38,936 nucleotides of DNA from a virus (Duplodnaviria > Caudoviricetes): the IMG/VR virus record IMGVR_UViG_3300001589_000046, positions 1 through 38,936 of that record, one strand, 5' to 3'. Numbering within the stretch: position 1 is the first letter of the stretch; every line of letters starts with the position of its first letter. The position numbers were made by a program, and so were the translations under genes. Shown here one piece after another: positions 1-10,703 of this stretch. A model generated the notes under the pieces. That model was given only the letters and a program-made list of their open reading frames with translations. It did no database searches and was not told the origin of the DNA.

Positions 1-83
1 GGTATTACCTCAATGAAAGCCTTTTTATAACCACTATTTATTAAAACATTTAACTGTTCCTCGTTTTCTACAAGCCAGTACAT
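1..83 (-). CDS. 5' part of a gene running off the window edge (MYWLVENEEQLNVLINSGYKKAFIEVI...), function not determinable; possibly the first gene of a replication module
   Basis: ATG at 83, open to position 1, preceded by a CGTATATTAG promoter-like motif at about 102-111. Confidence 0.55.
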   Translation of the reverse strand, partial: MYWLVENEEQLNVLINSGYKKAFIEVI

Positions 84-101
84 ATAACCTTATTTTAATC
101 C

Positions 102-113
102 CTAATATACGAA
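102..113 (-). promoter_or_regulatory. Early/middle-type promoter motif TTCGTATATTAG
   Basis: Same core (GTATATT) as upstream of the RadA-like gene and the glycosylation operon; about 20 nt upstream of the ATG at 83. Confidence 0.5.
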
Positions 114-118
114 ATTAT

Positions 119-979
119 TTAGTACCCGCCACTATATCCTTCACTTCTTATGGTATTTGTTCTAGATATTGCTTTAGATTTGGTTTCTTGATTAGTAGAC
201 CCACTAATTGGAAGTAAATAATTATGAGGTGTAGAAACATGCTGTGCTCCTACCATAGGACCTTTATCTGGGTGGATATGGTAAAGTCCTCTATATCTTC
301 TACCTGTTTTTTCGATTATAAATTCTGTACCATCAGTTTTTAAATTTTCACCTGGTGTATATCTAAAATATTGATCGTATTTTTTTCTAAAATAGGATTT
401 AAAACCTGATATTTTATACTGAGATTCTATTCTTTCAATAGTTTTTTTATTAATATCTTCTACTTTACTTTTTACACCAGTTATAATCCAAGGAATTTGA
501 AATGTAAAATATTTTCTAAAATTAACATCTTGGATTTGATCTCTAAATTTTCTAAATTGTTTTAAATTTACTTCAACATACAAAGGACTTGAATATCTTT
601 TACAAAAATATCTTTGAAATTCACCTAACTTATAATTATTTTCAGAGGGAATTGGGAAAATTTGTGTTGGGTTTTGAGGTGGTGTTGATCGACTACCAAT
701 ACCTAATACATTTTTTTCAACATAAATTGGAGGTAAATCATAATTATTAGTAGTTGGATTTAATGCCCCAGGCTCTAAACCTTCTACGTCTTTATTAGAA
801 GACGGGGTTATACTAAATAATTCTTTTGAAGGTTTAACATTAGGGTTTTTTCCTGTAAATTTTCTTCCATCTGATGACATAAAATAATATCCTATATAAG
901 GCTTATTAGTAATAGCATCAGCCAATTCTGTTCCTTTAGTATATAAATTAGTTTGAATTTGAGAAGGTGGGAAATACAT
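119..979 (-). CDS. Phage hypothetical protein, probably virion/baseplate-associated, with a short domain repeated at both ends
   Basis: 286-aa ORF preceded by the late-type TATTTATA motif; N-terminal NLYTKGTEL...KPYIGYYF resembles C-terminal NLKTDGTEF...RRYRGLYH. Confidence 0.7.
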   Translation of the reverse strand: MYFPPSQIQTNLYTKGTELADAITNKPYIGYYFMSSDGRKFTGKNPNVKPSKELFSITPSSNKDVEGLEPGALNPTTNNYDLPPIYVEKNVLGIGSRSTPPQNPTQIFPIPSENNYKLGEFQRYFCKRYSSPLYVEVNLKQFRKFRDQIQDVNFRKYFTFQIPWIITGVKSKVEDINKKTIERIESQYKISGFKSYFRKKYDQYFRYTPGENLKTDGTEFIIEKTGRRYRGLYHIHPDKGPMVGAQHVSTPHNYLLPISGSTNQETKSKAISRTNTIRSEGYSGGY

Positions 980-1011
980 TTTATTATAAATATTTTAAAT
1001 TAAAAAAACTA

Positions 1012-4000
1012 TTAACCTGATAAATTTTTATCTCCGGGGTATATAATTCCCATTGTATTTATTTTTACAGCAACTCTTCGTAGACCTTCTATTAATTCTT
1101 TTTGAGGGAAAATATCTACTTTTGTTGATTTATAAGTATTATGTGTATAACAAGCTTTAGCCATTTGAGAATCAGATCTAAAGGCTGAATAATCAACTTT
1201 TGCCTTACCATTTAAATCACACCCAAAAAATGTTTGATACCAATCATCCCATACTTTTGTGCCATATTTAATAGGACATACAGGAATTTTATATTTTATT
1301 GCCCAATCTTTAACAACATCACACGTCGCTTTTACTTGTTTACTAGTATATTTTTGAAAATAACTATATTGTTTATAAGTAATTACTTGCCAACTAGACG
1401 AAGAATTTAAAAGTTTATTATAATCCTCTTCTTTAATATATCTATTAATTCCTTTATGATAATCTTTACCTTTTTGAATATCCTTTAAAATAGCATAAGC
1501 AGATGCAAAAACTATCCAAGCAGAAAATCCATCCATTTTATATTTTTGCCCATTAAAATCATATGTTTTAATTATGAAATTCTTTTTATTTCTATTATTA
1601 TATTGACTAAAGAATTGATCAGGTTTAGAGTAATTTATCCTATCTATACCAAAAACTTTTTGATCTAAATTTATACCAAAACGATAAACATTTTTATTTT
1701 TACCTTTAAACATATTTATATCATAAGGAGAGGCTGAATTATTAATCCATGCTGTTGTTGAATTAGTAGAAGTTCCAAATAAAACATTTTTAACGTATCC
1801 TAAACTTACAAGGGTATTTTTTTTATAACCTAAATGATTATACTTAAAAGGAAAACCTAAACCTTTTATGTAAGGTTCACCATTTTTTCCTATTGTAAAA
1901 TCTGAAATGCTACTAGGAAATTTATTTCCTTCGCTTGCATAATTGGTCCAGAATATTTGCCAAGCTTTTACTATGTTTGTTTCTGCTTGTCGTAATAATT
2001 TATCAAGATTCGTTGTATTTTTTTTATATCTTACGGGCCTAGCAACAGCTATTTCATTATTTTTCCATTTTTTAGATCCCTGTTTATACCCAGTTGAAGT
2101 TTTTGTTAAATAACCATAACTATCAATTTCAATAGATAACATATATGGTTCTTGCTGATCAGGGTCTCCAGTTGCCGCAGATTCTCCAGGAGTTTTTCCA
2201 ATATGGTTACTCCAATATTTATCTTCAAATAATCTAACTGCTCCATTTTTACCTGCATTAGGATTTCTTTCTATTATAAAATGAGTTGCAATTGCATAAG
2301 TTTTTCTAATCCAACCACGAACATAATCAGCACTACTACCATTACTTGCAGTATGATGAATTACAATTATTTTTTTATTAGGTTGTACGCTGTTTTTAAT
2401 AACTAAACCTGTATTAGAACAAGGGTTTATAAGTGAAATTGAAGGGTCATCAAAAGCAACTGTTGGAAAACCTGGTGCTGGGGGATAACTACAACCCTCT
2501 TTACTAATTTCTTGTTTTGTGTTACCCTGTGGCCATGGTTTTTGATTTAAATCACTTGATTTTATGTTGGATTCTTTTTCTTGAATAGGAATTGATACTG
2601 TTGTTAAAGATGTAGTCCAAGCATTATCTTTTAACGTATGGTCAATATTTTTAATAATAAAACTTAAAGTACTAGGATAATTATTTGGTAAAAAGTTTTG
2701 ACTTACATTAATTTTTTGAAATATTTTAAAAGTAGAAATACCATCTAAATCAAAACTAGATTCAATAGGTATAAAACCAGTAGAATTAGATACTACTCCA
2801 TTTTTTTTATAATCAACTACATCTTGTTCTGCTCTATTTAATTTATATAAAGATATCCCTTGATTTATAAAACTTGGGTTAATTTCAAACCATTTAGCAT
2901 TAGATATAGATACCTGTCTTTGTTCGACAACTGCAACATTTTGTACATCTCCTTGAGATGTATCAGCAGTGTCAATATTATAATTAAAATCTCCTCCAAA
3001 AGCCTCTGTTAAGTATTCTTGATAATTAGCTGGGTCTGTATTAAATCTTACTTCAGTACCAGCTAAACTTGCTAAATATTTTTTAGTTTCTTTTAAAATT
3101 TTTCCTTTAATTTCTCCTTTCCATCTTCCAGCTGATTCTCCAATCCAATACTCAGCATTATTTAAATTTTTACCCCAATGTAAATAATATTTATTATAAC
3201 CTTTATCATCTATAGCATAACCACCAGGTATATTATTTCCTTTAAATTCTAATTTTAATGTTCCACCACTAGGAGATTCCCAAGTAATATCAAATTGGGG
3301 AATACCACTCGAATTACCACCTTGTGCTATTCCAACCATTCCATCACCCCAAGTATATCCCCAATAAAATCTACCTTTTGTTTTATTTGTATTAGAATCC
3401 ATACCTCTATCATAGTTACTATGGCTTGAGTTTGATTTTCTTGTTGCTATATCATTTTTAAATGTGTTCCTAAACGCAGCTAAAATTGAACTTTCTTGAG
3501 TGTCTAATTTTGTTTCTACAGAAACTGGTCCAACTTCTATAGGGGGTTGATCATATGAGGGTTCAAATCTATTTATTAATCCTCTATTAAAATTATTAAA
3601 TGATAAAGCTTTTACCCCATTGGTTTGAGATTCAGGAGATGTTGCCCCAATTGAAATTAAATTAATAAGGTCTGGGGTTATTTTAGTTTTTATATTAAAA
3701 TTTTGAATAATACTAGCCTGGTTATTGTTAACGCCGTACCCATAAGCTTCAAATATAAAATCGTTTTTTGGAGTTAATTTTGTTATTCCTTTAGGTGTAT
3801 TTAATTCTATTATTTTTACATCTTTATCGTTATCAACAAATAATTCTAATTGAGTTTGGTTTGCCATAGCTTTATTTATGCCATTTAGAACATTTTGGAT
3901 ATAAATAAAAGTTGATATATTTCCCTTTTTATCTACATTTTTTCCTAACTCTTTAAGTAAAAAATCTATATTCAAATACATATTCATTACTTGCCCTAAT

Positions 4001-5580
4001 AATACATTCTTTTTTGTAGTAGTAAAATCAGCTACAGCAGAATTAGCTAATTTATCAGCTGAAGAAACTCCTGAAGTAAAACAGTTTTGTTTTGTAATTT
4101 CTGAAAAAACGGGTTTAAAATATAAAACTCTTGGATCAAAAGGAACCATATCCGCAGAATAATTACAGTAAGTGTCATCTGTTTGTAACCAATTTATTAT
4201 TGGTTGGTTTTTATCACTTTTTTGATTATTTTTAACTATGTAAAGATTAACAAGATCAAAATAATCATCTAAAAATCTACCAAACCTTATAAAATAACGG
4301 TTAGTTTTTGTTTTTTCTAAATTAAATCTTGCTTGTTGAAATCCGGTTGAAATAGTTTCATATAATCTATTACTTATATTTTGAATAGCAGTGTTTGTTG
4401 CAGCACTATTTGAAGTAATAACATCTCCACTACCCCCAATTATTTCTGTTATATATAAGTAATCTTCTTCATCTTTTAATGAATTAAAATTAACTTTTTT
4501 ACTATTTAAATATATAGAAATAGCATCAGTACCAATTTCGGGTGCGATAAATTTTGCTGCGTCTTGGTCTATATATTCTTGTTTTTTTGATGCTTCATAT
4601 TCATTTAAATCAACTATATTACCCAAATTTTGAGATAAATCAGTTATATTAGCTGAGCTTATTGCTGCCGGGATATTTGATTTTAAAGAAGCTATTAAGG
4701 AACCAATAGTTACTAAATCAATTGTAATATCATAAGTAAGATCTGTGTTAATTTTCCACGAAAAATTTTGAACTTTACCATAAAAACCATCATAATTCCC
4801 AGCATATTGTGATCTTAAAGATTCAATGCTACTATAAACATCATCATTTTTAAATCCAGCTTGAAAAAACCCAGTTTCTACTAACGTATCTTTTACATCT
4901 TCAATTAACCTAAATGAGGGATTATTATTATCTATTGTATTTTGAGGGTTTTTATCTAGGTCGGGGAGTCTAGCAACATATTTGTCATAACCCCATTCAA
5001 CAAGCATATTATAACCTAATCTAAGATATAAAGCTTCAATAATATTAAACTGCAGTTTATTATAACATTTTATAGTAATGGTTGCTTTTCTAATAGAACC
5101 CCTATTTAATGTTTTAATTTTTAAATTTTTAACACCTGGTCCCGGTTGTAATCCTCTATCCTGACCTATTCCTCCATATAAAGCAGAAGCACCAAAAGTA
5201 TCTCTATAATTATTTGATGTTGCAACTCCTGATCTAAAATCCCAATTACTATCTGCGTTTATAGTACTTGTTCCATTAAATAAGACAAATTGTTGAGCTA
5301 AATTTGAACCATTTAAGCCTAATTTTGATGTATCATCAGTATTAATAGTAATACCAGAATCTTCAAATATATTTTTTATTTTTTCTGATGCATATTGACC
5401 CCCAATATTTACCCCAGATGCAAATTTAATCCATGCATTACGATTATTTAAATAATTTATTATTTCTGGGGTTCTTTGGATATAGTTATCTCCATACCCT
5501 GCAGCTGCTACTGTTTGACGTACTTTTAATTGGGATGATGTTATTTGATCTAATCCTCCTCCTATTATATTCCCCAGCAT
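1012..5580 (-). CDS. Baseplate hub-like protein with C-terminal N-acetylmuramoyl-L-alanine amidase (Amidase_2-type) domain; virion-associated lysin
   Basis: 1522 aa, follows the LysM-like and tube-initiator genes. Hub-like beta-rich segments (GSIRKATITIKCYN, GKVQNFSWKIN, FIIKNIDHTLKDNAWTTSL). Amidase motifs IVIHHTAS, THFII, SIEID, YTSKQV, THN...KVDIFP. Confidence 0.75.
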   Translation of the reverse strand: MLGNIIGGGLDQITSSQLKVRQTVAAAGYGDNYIQRTPEIINYLNNRNAWIKFASGVNIGGQYASEKIKNIFEDSGITINTDDTSKLGLNGSNLAQQFVLFNGTSTINADSNWDFRSGVATSNNYRDTFGASALYGGIGQDRGLQPGPGVKNLKIKTLNRGSIRKATITIKCYNKLQFNIIEALYLRLGYNMLVEWGYDKYVARLPDLDKNPQNTIDNNNPSFRLIEDVKDTLVETGFFQAGFKNDDVYSSIESLRSQYAGNYDGFYGKVQNFSWKINTDLTYDITIDLVTIGSLIASLKSNIPAAISSANITDLSQNLGNIVDLNEYEASKKQEYIDQDAAKFIAPEIGTDAISIYLNSKKVNFNSLKDEEDYLYITEIIGGSGDVITSNSAATNTAIQNISNRLYETISTGFQQARFNLEKTKTNRYFIRFGRFLDDYFDLVNLYIVKNNQKSDKNQPIINWLQTDDTYCNYSADMVPFDPRVLYFKPVFSEITKQNCFTSGVSSADKLANSAVADFTTTKKNVLLGQVMNMYLNIDFLLKELGKNVDKKGNISTFIYIQNVLNGINKAMANQTQLELFVDNDKDVKIIELNTPKGITKLTPKNDFIFEAYGYGVNNNQASIIQNFNIKTKITPDLINLISIGATSPESQTNGVKALSFNNFNRGLINRFEPSYDQPPIEVGPVSVETKLDTQESSILAAFRNTFKNDIATRKSNSSHSNYDRGMDSNTNKTKGRFYWGYTWGDGMVGIAQGGNSSGIPQFDITWESPSGGTLKLEFKGNNIPGGYAIDDKGYNKYYLHWGKNLNNAEYWIGESAGRWKGEIKGKILKETKKYLASLAGTEVRFNTDPANYQEYLTEAFGGDFNYNIDTADTSQGDVQNVAVVEQRQVSISNAKWFEINPSFINQGISLYKLNRAEQDVVDYKKNGVVSNSTGFIPIESSFDLDGISTFKIFQKINVSQNFLPNNYPSTLSFIIKNIDHTLKDNAWTTSLTTVSIPIQEKESNIKSSDLNQKPWPQGNTKQEISKEGCSYPPAPGFPTVAFDDPSISLINPCSNTGLVIKNSVQPNKKIIVIHHTASNGSSADYVRGWIRKTYAIATHFIIERNPNAGKNGAVRLFEDKYWSNHIGKTPGESAATGDPDQQEPYMLSIEIDSYGYLTKTSTGYKQGSKKWKNNEIAVARPVRYKKNTTNLDKLLRQAETNIVKAWQIFWTNYASEGNKFPSSISDFTIGKNGEPYIKGLGFPFKYNHLGYKKNTLVSLGYVKNVLFGTSTNSTTAWINNSASPYDINMFKGKNKNVYRFGINLDQKVFGIDRINYSKPDQFFSQYNNRNKKNFIIKTYDFNGQKYKMDGFSAWIVFASAYAILKDIQKGKDYHKGINRYIKEEDYNKLLNSSSSWQVITYKQYSYFQKYTSKQVKATCDVVKDWAIKYKIPVCPIKYGTKVWDDWYQTFFGCDLNGKAKVDYSAFRSDSQMAKACYTHNTYKSTKVDIFPQKELIEGLRRVAVKINTMGIIYPGDKNLSG

Positions 5581-5586
5581 AACTTT

Positions 5587-5886
5587 TTAATTATTTATAA
5601 GTTGAAAATTTCTTACTGTCCCCGCATAATTTGTTGGAATTCTTAATTGTGTTCCTTCAGGTGGATAATATGAATTTTTTGGCAATTGAGGATTAGCTGA
5701 TACTATTACCCACCATAAACTAGGATCCCCATAATATTGTTGTGCTAATATATCATATCTATCTCCAGAATCAGTAAAAACATAAATATCACTAAAAGAT
5801 GTTGATATTAGAGGATATCGTACCGTACCCTTAAAAGGTTTTCCTGATTTTGTGAATAAATTATCTAAATTAGTATATCTTGCCAT
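5587..5886 (-). CDS. LysM/tail-X-like baseplate wedge protein (gp53-like)
   Basis: GDRYDILAQQYYGDPSLWWVIVSAN...GTQLRIP signature; typical position between tube initiator and hub. Confidence 0.85.
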   Translation of the reverse strand: MARYTNLDNLFTKSGKPFKGTVRYPLISTSFSDIYVFTDSGDRYDILAQQYYGDPSLWWVIVSANPQLPKNSYYPPEGTQLRIPTNYAGTVRNFQLINN

Positions 5887-5905
5887 AATTTAATTTTTCT
5901 TTAAT

Positions 5906-8230
5906 TTAATCTTCACTTGCAAAGGCTTCATCTATAACTGAAGTTGCTATTGGAGTATTAGAAATTTTTTCTACAGGAATTCTTAGATCCTCAACACCAG
6001 GTAAGTTTTGGCCTGTTAAATCAACAATGGTTTGTGGTTCAAGTATAGAACCAACTGCCGCAGGTTTTTCTCTAACAGTAGATCTTTTATCATAATTATT
6101 TCTTCCTCCATTTCTGTTATCACCTAAAGCTATATACCTTTGTGGTCCATATCCAGTTAAAATAGCTTCTTCAATTGGTGTGCCATTTTCAGTTCCATCT
6201 GCTTGAGCATCTCCATTATCTTGGCTATTTTCATCAAATATTTTTCCAAATTTATTCTTTTGAATTTGTGGTACAAACTCATGGATTGGGGTAAACTTAA
6301 ATCCAGTTACTTGCATTATAAATGGGAGTTGTTTAATACTTCCATCTTCTTCACCTTCTTCATTAACAGCTATTTCCCAAGGAGAATCTTTTGGTGGTGT
6401 AAAGTTAATACCACTCATAAATCCTGTTTGTTCAAATAAATAATCTCCTATAGTTAATTTAATTAAATTACCTCTCATATATCCATTTTCAGAATAATCT
6501 GGGGCGCAAATTGAAGCTAAGTAATTTAATTTTTTATACATTATTAATAGTTCTGCTCTAGATTGAGCTGCAACTGTCCAATCTAATGAAAATTCTCTTG
6601 AAAATCCAGTATAATTATAAAAACTTTCAGCCCTACCCATATAAGTTGTTTCATTCCATTTAGCAGAATAACTATCATTCATATTATCTATAAATGCTCT
6701 AAAATGTATGTACGTAGTAAAACTTGGATCATTATTATTAATAACACCAATTCTAAATTTACATAAATCTTTTTGTTTTCCTGCATAGGTAGCATTTTGA
6801 ACTAACCCTATACCTGTTGGATTATTGGTAGTATAAAGGGGATAAGCATTTACTTTATCTAAAGCACTACTAAAATTATTTAATGAGTTTGATGCAAATG
6901 AAAAAGAAGTTTTATTTAATTTATCATCTCTACCTGGGTCTCCTATATTAGTTCTACCTACTAATATTTTATCTCTATTAGTGTAAGATTGGTTAAATTT
7001 AGATCCATTTTTTCTAAAATCAATAATATTACCACCTTTAGCCCCGGCACCAGTATTATCACCTGCTGCTATTATTTCATCGTAGGTTAATCCTGGTTGA
7101 TTTCCTACAGAAGGATTAGGTAAAAAGGATTCTGGTTGGTAAACTGATAAACCTACATCAGCAATTAAACTACCATTAATATCACCATTATCAACTTTAA
7201 CTTGTCCATTATTAGACATTTCAAATAATGTAATATTACCAGTTATTTGTTCATAAATCCTACTAACTGATTTTATTTTATTTACATTACTATTTGTTTT
7301 ACCAAAATAAGTACCACCTCTAAAATTCCAAGGAAGGAGATTATTTACAAGATCTGTTGAGCTTTTAGTTATTGTTTTTTTACCAAAAACACTATAATCA
7401 TATCCAAAATTACTAACTTTAGAAACCCCAGTAGTATAAAATCCTGAAGTATCTAATTGAGGGTTATTAGTTCCTGTTCTTCCATCACCTGGCATATTAA
7501 CTTTAGTACGACCTCCTACTCCTAAAACAGAACCAGGTCCCCCACTATAAGAATATAAAATGCCAGGGTTTGTATCTTTTCTATTTACATTAAGAGAAGT
7601 AAAAGCTAATAATCTACTTGATGGTTTGTTTTCTAATCTTTCTTTTGATGCTAGAGTATTTATATAAAGGGGGTTTGATAAAGGATCATCAAAACCTAAA
7701 AGGTTAAAAAAGCCCCCATCACCATCTGTATCTGCTGTTGGGTCTATTCCCTGTTTTAATAGATGTGTTCCAATTCCAACCCCTGCTGCTTGTAATATAG
7801 TAGAAGTTGGTAAATAAATTCCATTATTAAATGCCCTATTATTTTTAGATCCATCTGGAAAATCTTCATTATTAGTACCTGCTAAAACATTTACACCTGA
7901 TCTCGATAGTGCCTCTTGTTTTGCTGTAAATAAAAGTCCATTAGGAGATTTTAAATCAGTAAACATTTTTGTTAATCTAGAAACATCTCTAAAAGCTATT
8001 TCAGGTAATAAAGCCCCTCCTCTTAATAAAAAGTCTTCTACTTGTCCTGCCTCTAATTGTGTTGAAGCATCAAAATCAGTCTCATTAAAGTTTCTTTGAC
8101 GTATTTCAATTACTTCATAGGGTTGACCACTCGCATTAGTATCACGAGGGCCTGCTCCACGTCTATCATAGCCGTATTGGGCAGTTCTATATTCGGAAAG
8201 ATCCGTCCTTATTGTAAGTAACCTAGGCAA
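5906..8230 (-). CDS. Baseplate/tail-tube initiator-like protein (tube-fold domain in the C-terminal half)
   Basis: 774 aa, TTG start; FRAFIDNMNDSYSAKWNETTYMGRAESFYNYTGFSREFSLDWTV...LIKLTIGDYL; located after the tape measure gene. Confidence 0.65.
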   Translation of the reverse strand: MPRLLTIRTDLSEYRTAQYGYDRRGAGPRDTNASGQPYEVIEIRQRNFNETDFDASTQLEAGQVEDFLLRGGALLPEIAFRDVSRLTKMFTDLKSPNGLLFTAKQEALSRSGVNVLAGTNNEDFPDGSKNNRAFNNGIYLPTSTILQAAGVGIGTHLLKQGIDPTADTDGDGGFFNLLGFDDPLSNPLYINTLASKERLENKPSSRLLAFTSLNVNRKDTNPGILYSYSGGPGSVLGVGGRTKVNMPGDGRTGTNNPQLDTSGFYTTGVSKVSNFGYDYSVFGKKTITKSSTDLVNNLLPWNFRGGTYFGKTNSNVNKIKSVSRIYEQITGNITLFEMSNNGQVKVDNGDINGSLIADVGLSVYQPESFLPNPSVGNQPGLTYDEIIAAGDNTGAGAKGGNIIDFRKNGSKFNQSYTNRDKILVGRTNIGDPGRDDKLNKTSFSFASNSLNNFSSALDKVNAYPLYTTNNPTGIGLVQNATYAGKQKDLCKFRIGVINNNDPSFTTYIHFRAFIDNMNDSYSAKWNETTYMGRAESFYNYTGFSREFSLDWTVAAQSRAELLIMYKKLNYLASICAPDYSENGYMRGNLIKLTIGDYLFEQTGFMSGINFTPPKDSPWEIAVNEEGEEDGSIKQLPFIMQVTGFKFTPIHEFVPQIQKNKFGKIFDENSQDNGDAQADGTENGTPIEEAILTGYGPQRYIALGDNRNGGRNNYDKRSTVREKPAAVGSILEPQTIVDLTGQNLPGVEDLRIPVEKISNTPIATSVIDEAFASED

Positions 8231-8243
8231 CTATATAATAATT

Positions 8244-8429
8244 TTAGTTACCTGTGTTATCTGTTATTCTTGTAGAAATATTGACAAGATAATCTTCATA
8301 AGTTCCTTGTTCAAAAGTATTATTAATTGGAATAGTACCAGGTCCAGGAGATAAAGGTCCTGTTGGTTTTTGTCCTTTTAAGAAAGTTACTTGTGAACCG
8401 TCTAATAAAAATTTGTTTAGTAAAGCCAT
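8244..8429 (-). CDS. Small hypothetical protein (61 aa), likely virion-associated
   Basis: Fills the gap between tape measure and baseplate genes; has its own TATTTATA motif at 8463-8470. Confidence 0.65.
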   Translation of the reverse strand: MALLNKFLLDGSQVTFLKGQKPTGPLSPGPGTIPINNTFEQGTYEDYLVNISTRITDNTGN

Positions 8430-8472
8430 AATTTGTATTTTAAGTTATTAAATTTATTTTATTATAAATATG

Positions 8473-10680
8473 TTACTGTATAGGAAATGCATTTAAACCT
8501 ACAGCAGTTCCCATATCTACTGAATCTATATTAATTTCAGGTTCTGGTCTATTAGCCATTCCCGTTAAGGTAGAGCTTATATTTTCAAGTGCTTTAGCCA
8601 TAACCCCAGTACCAGTATTATCACCACCACCACCACTACCTAAGTCAGTACCAGCTAAAACTGTATCCTTATTATTTAATGCAAAAGCTCCTTCGGGACC
8701 TAATAGCATTCTATTTCCATATCCACCACCCATTCCTGTACCTGGTGACATAAGGTCATCAGCTGTTGATAATTTACCTAATAAAAATCCTATTATCCCA
8801 GCCATTAAACCAATTGCAATAAATCCACCAACATATGGAATTTTAGAAACACTCTTACCAGCTTCTGCTGCTGCACCAATAGCATCTGCTGCCGCTTCTT
8901 TTTTAGCAGATTGAACTAATAATTTTTGAATACCTAACTGAGTACCCATTCCAATAACCATTTTGGCTATATTTCCAAGCATTAAAGTACCTAAAAGACC
9001 CATTGTAGCATAAATACCTTCTGAAGATGATAATATTGAAGCAAAACCTGTTATAAAATCTCCAAACGCACCATCCATCATTTCTCCTAATAAATCACCT
9101 AATTTAGTCATTGTATCTTGTAATTTTTCGGCTGCTGATGATTGTTCATATGCGGCTAACATTTGTTTACCAGTTTCTGATGTTTTTAATTCTTCTAGTC
9201 TACCTTCTTCTTCTAATTGTTTTATAGAATCAGCACCTATCATATTAAGAGTTTCTCTTTCTCTTAACATATTAGCTAATTGATCAGCAGTCATTCCTGC
9301 TGCTTTAGCTAAGGATTCTTGTTGAATAACATTTAATGAAGAAAATTCTTCTGCCGTTCCCATTTGTTCAGCTATCTCAGTTAAAGCTTCTGCACTTTTT
9401 CCTTCTAAAGCTAATCTTCTTGCTGTTTCAAGATTTATTGATTTACCTGTCATTAATTCAGCTTCCATTTCGGCCTCAATAGATGAACTAAAATCTAAAA
9501 GGTTTCTTGATATATCAGAAGCTTCTTTTAGTGTTACTCCTAATTTGTTAGCTGCTATTACTGCTTCCGATAATCTTTTAGTATTAAACCCATATTGGGC
9601 ACCTAATTGACCATTAATTTTAGATACTTCTTTTACAACTTTTCTTCCATCAACTCTTATTCCTGTTAACTTTGATTCAGCTGCTACTGAATCGAGTATA
9701 CCTTCTGTTATATCAGTAGTACTTTTACCAGTTAATGTAGTTACTTTAGCAAATTCAGCTGCTTCTTCAGTTGATAAACCCAGCTTTTTAGTTAGCATTA
9801 CCTGGTCTTCTAATACATCATTAGAAAGCTTATTTGAAATACCTAAAGCTTCTGTTATTCCTACTTGGGCAGCTCTTAATTTTGATATTGAAGCATATGA
9901 TCTGTCAGAGCTCATAGAAAATTCAACCATTTGTTTTCTCATATCAAAGGCTTGATCTCTAGACATACCTAAAGTTCTATTAAACTCTGTTGCAGCCTTA
10001 TTACCCTTTATAATCATACCAAGTAATGCTGCAGGACCAAATGCAGCCATTAATTGATTTCCAGCAGCTGCTGTTGCCTTCACAAAACCACCACCTTCTA
10101 CACGTGCTTCTCTAGCAGCTTTTGCTGCTTTACCAAAGGGTCCAGCGATTGCAGGGCCTATACCTGGAATAGTCTTAAGGGTATCTTCCATTCCCTTAAA
10201 AAATGCAGTCTTTTTGTTTAAATCAGCATTAGCTGCATTAATTTCATCAAAACTTCCTTCTAATGCTGCTGCTGCTTCTGAAGCTGCATATAAATTTTTT
10301 AAAGTTTTTTGAATGTTTTTGGCTTCTTTCCCAGTTGCATTTGCAGCTTTTTCTTGAAATAATTTAATCTGCTGTTCAACCTTTAACTTTTTAAGTTTTA
10401 TACTTTGAACTTCTTTTGCTAATGCCCTAGCTGCATTTTCATCTTTTAAAATATCTTTATTAACAACAGCTAATTTAGCAGCCGAAGCAGCTAATGAATT
10501 AGCGTCAGTACCTGCTAATTTAATAGCTTCCGAAAATTCTTCACTATTTTTAGCACTATCTCTAAGAGATGCTACTATTTCTTTAAATGTAGTTTGTAGA
10601 AATTGGCCTTCTTCTCGAAGACCCGATAAGATTTCTTTAGATTCGGAGAGATTATTTTTTAATTCCTTGCCGTCAGCCAT
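8473..10680 (-). CDS. Tail tape measure protein
   Basis: 735 aa, Ala/Leu/Glu/Lys-rich helical sequence with hydrophobic Gly/Ala segments; lies after the tube and chaperone genes and before the baseplate genes. Confidence 0.85.
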   Translation of the reverse strand: MADGKELKNNLSESKEILSGLREEGQFLQTTFKEIVASLRDSAKNSEEFSEAIKLAGTDANSLAASAAKLAVVNKDILKDENAARALAKEVQSIKLKKLKVEQQIKLFQEKAANATGKEAKNIQKTLKNLYAASEAAAALEGSFDEINAANADLNKKTAFFKGMEDTLKTIPGIGPAIAGPFGKAAKAAREARVEGGGFVKATAAAGNQLMAAFGPAALLGMIIKGNKAATEFNRTLGMSRDQAFDMRKQMVEFSMSSDRSYASISKLRAAQVGITEALGISNKLSNDVLEDQVMLTKKLGLSTEEAAEFAKVTTLTGKSTTDITEGILDSVAAESKLTGIRVDGRKVVKEVSKINGQLGAQYGFNTKRLSEAVIAANKLGVTLKEASDISRNLLDFSSSIEAEMEAELMTGKSINLETARRLALEGKSAEALTEIAEQMGTAEEFSSLNVIQQESLAKAAGMTADQLANMLRERETLNMIGADSIKQLEEEGRLEELKTSETGKQMLAAYEQSSAAEKLQDTMTKLGDLLGEMMDGAFGDFITGFASILSSSEGIYATMGLLGTLMLGNIAKMVIGMGTQLGIQKLLVQSAKKEAAADAIGAAAEAGKSVSKIPYVGGFIAIGLMAGIIGFLLGKLSTADDLMSPGTGMGGGYGNRMLLGPEGAFALNNKDTVLAGTDLGSGGGGDNTGTGVMAKALENISSTLTGMANRPEPEINIDSVDMGTAVGLNAFPIQ

Positions 10681-10703
10681 AAATTATTTTATTATAAATA
10701 TTA

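Noticed and set aside
1390-2030. Intein or intron within the hub/amidase gene
   Set aside because: The frame is continuous and no splice-junction or homing-endonuclease motifs are recognisable.
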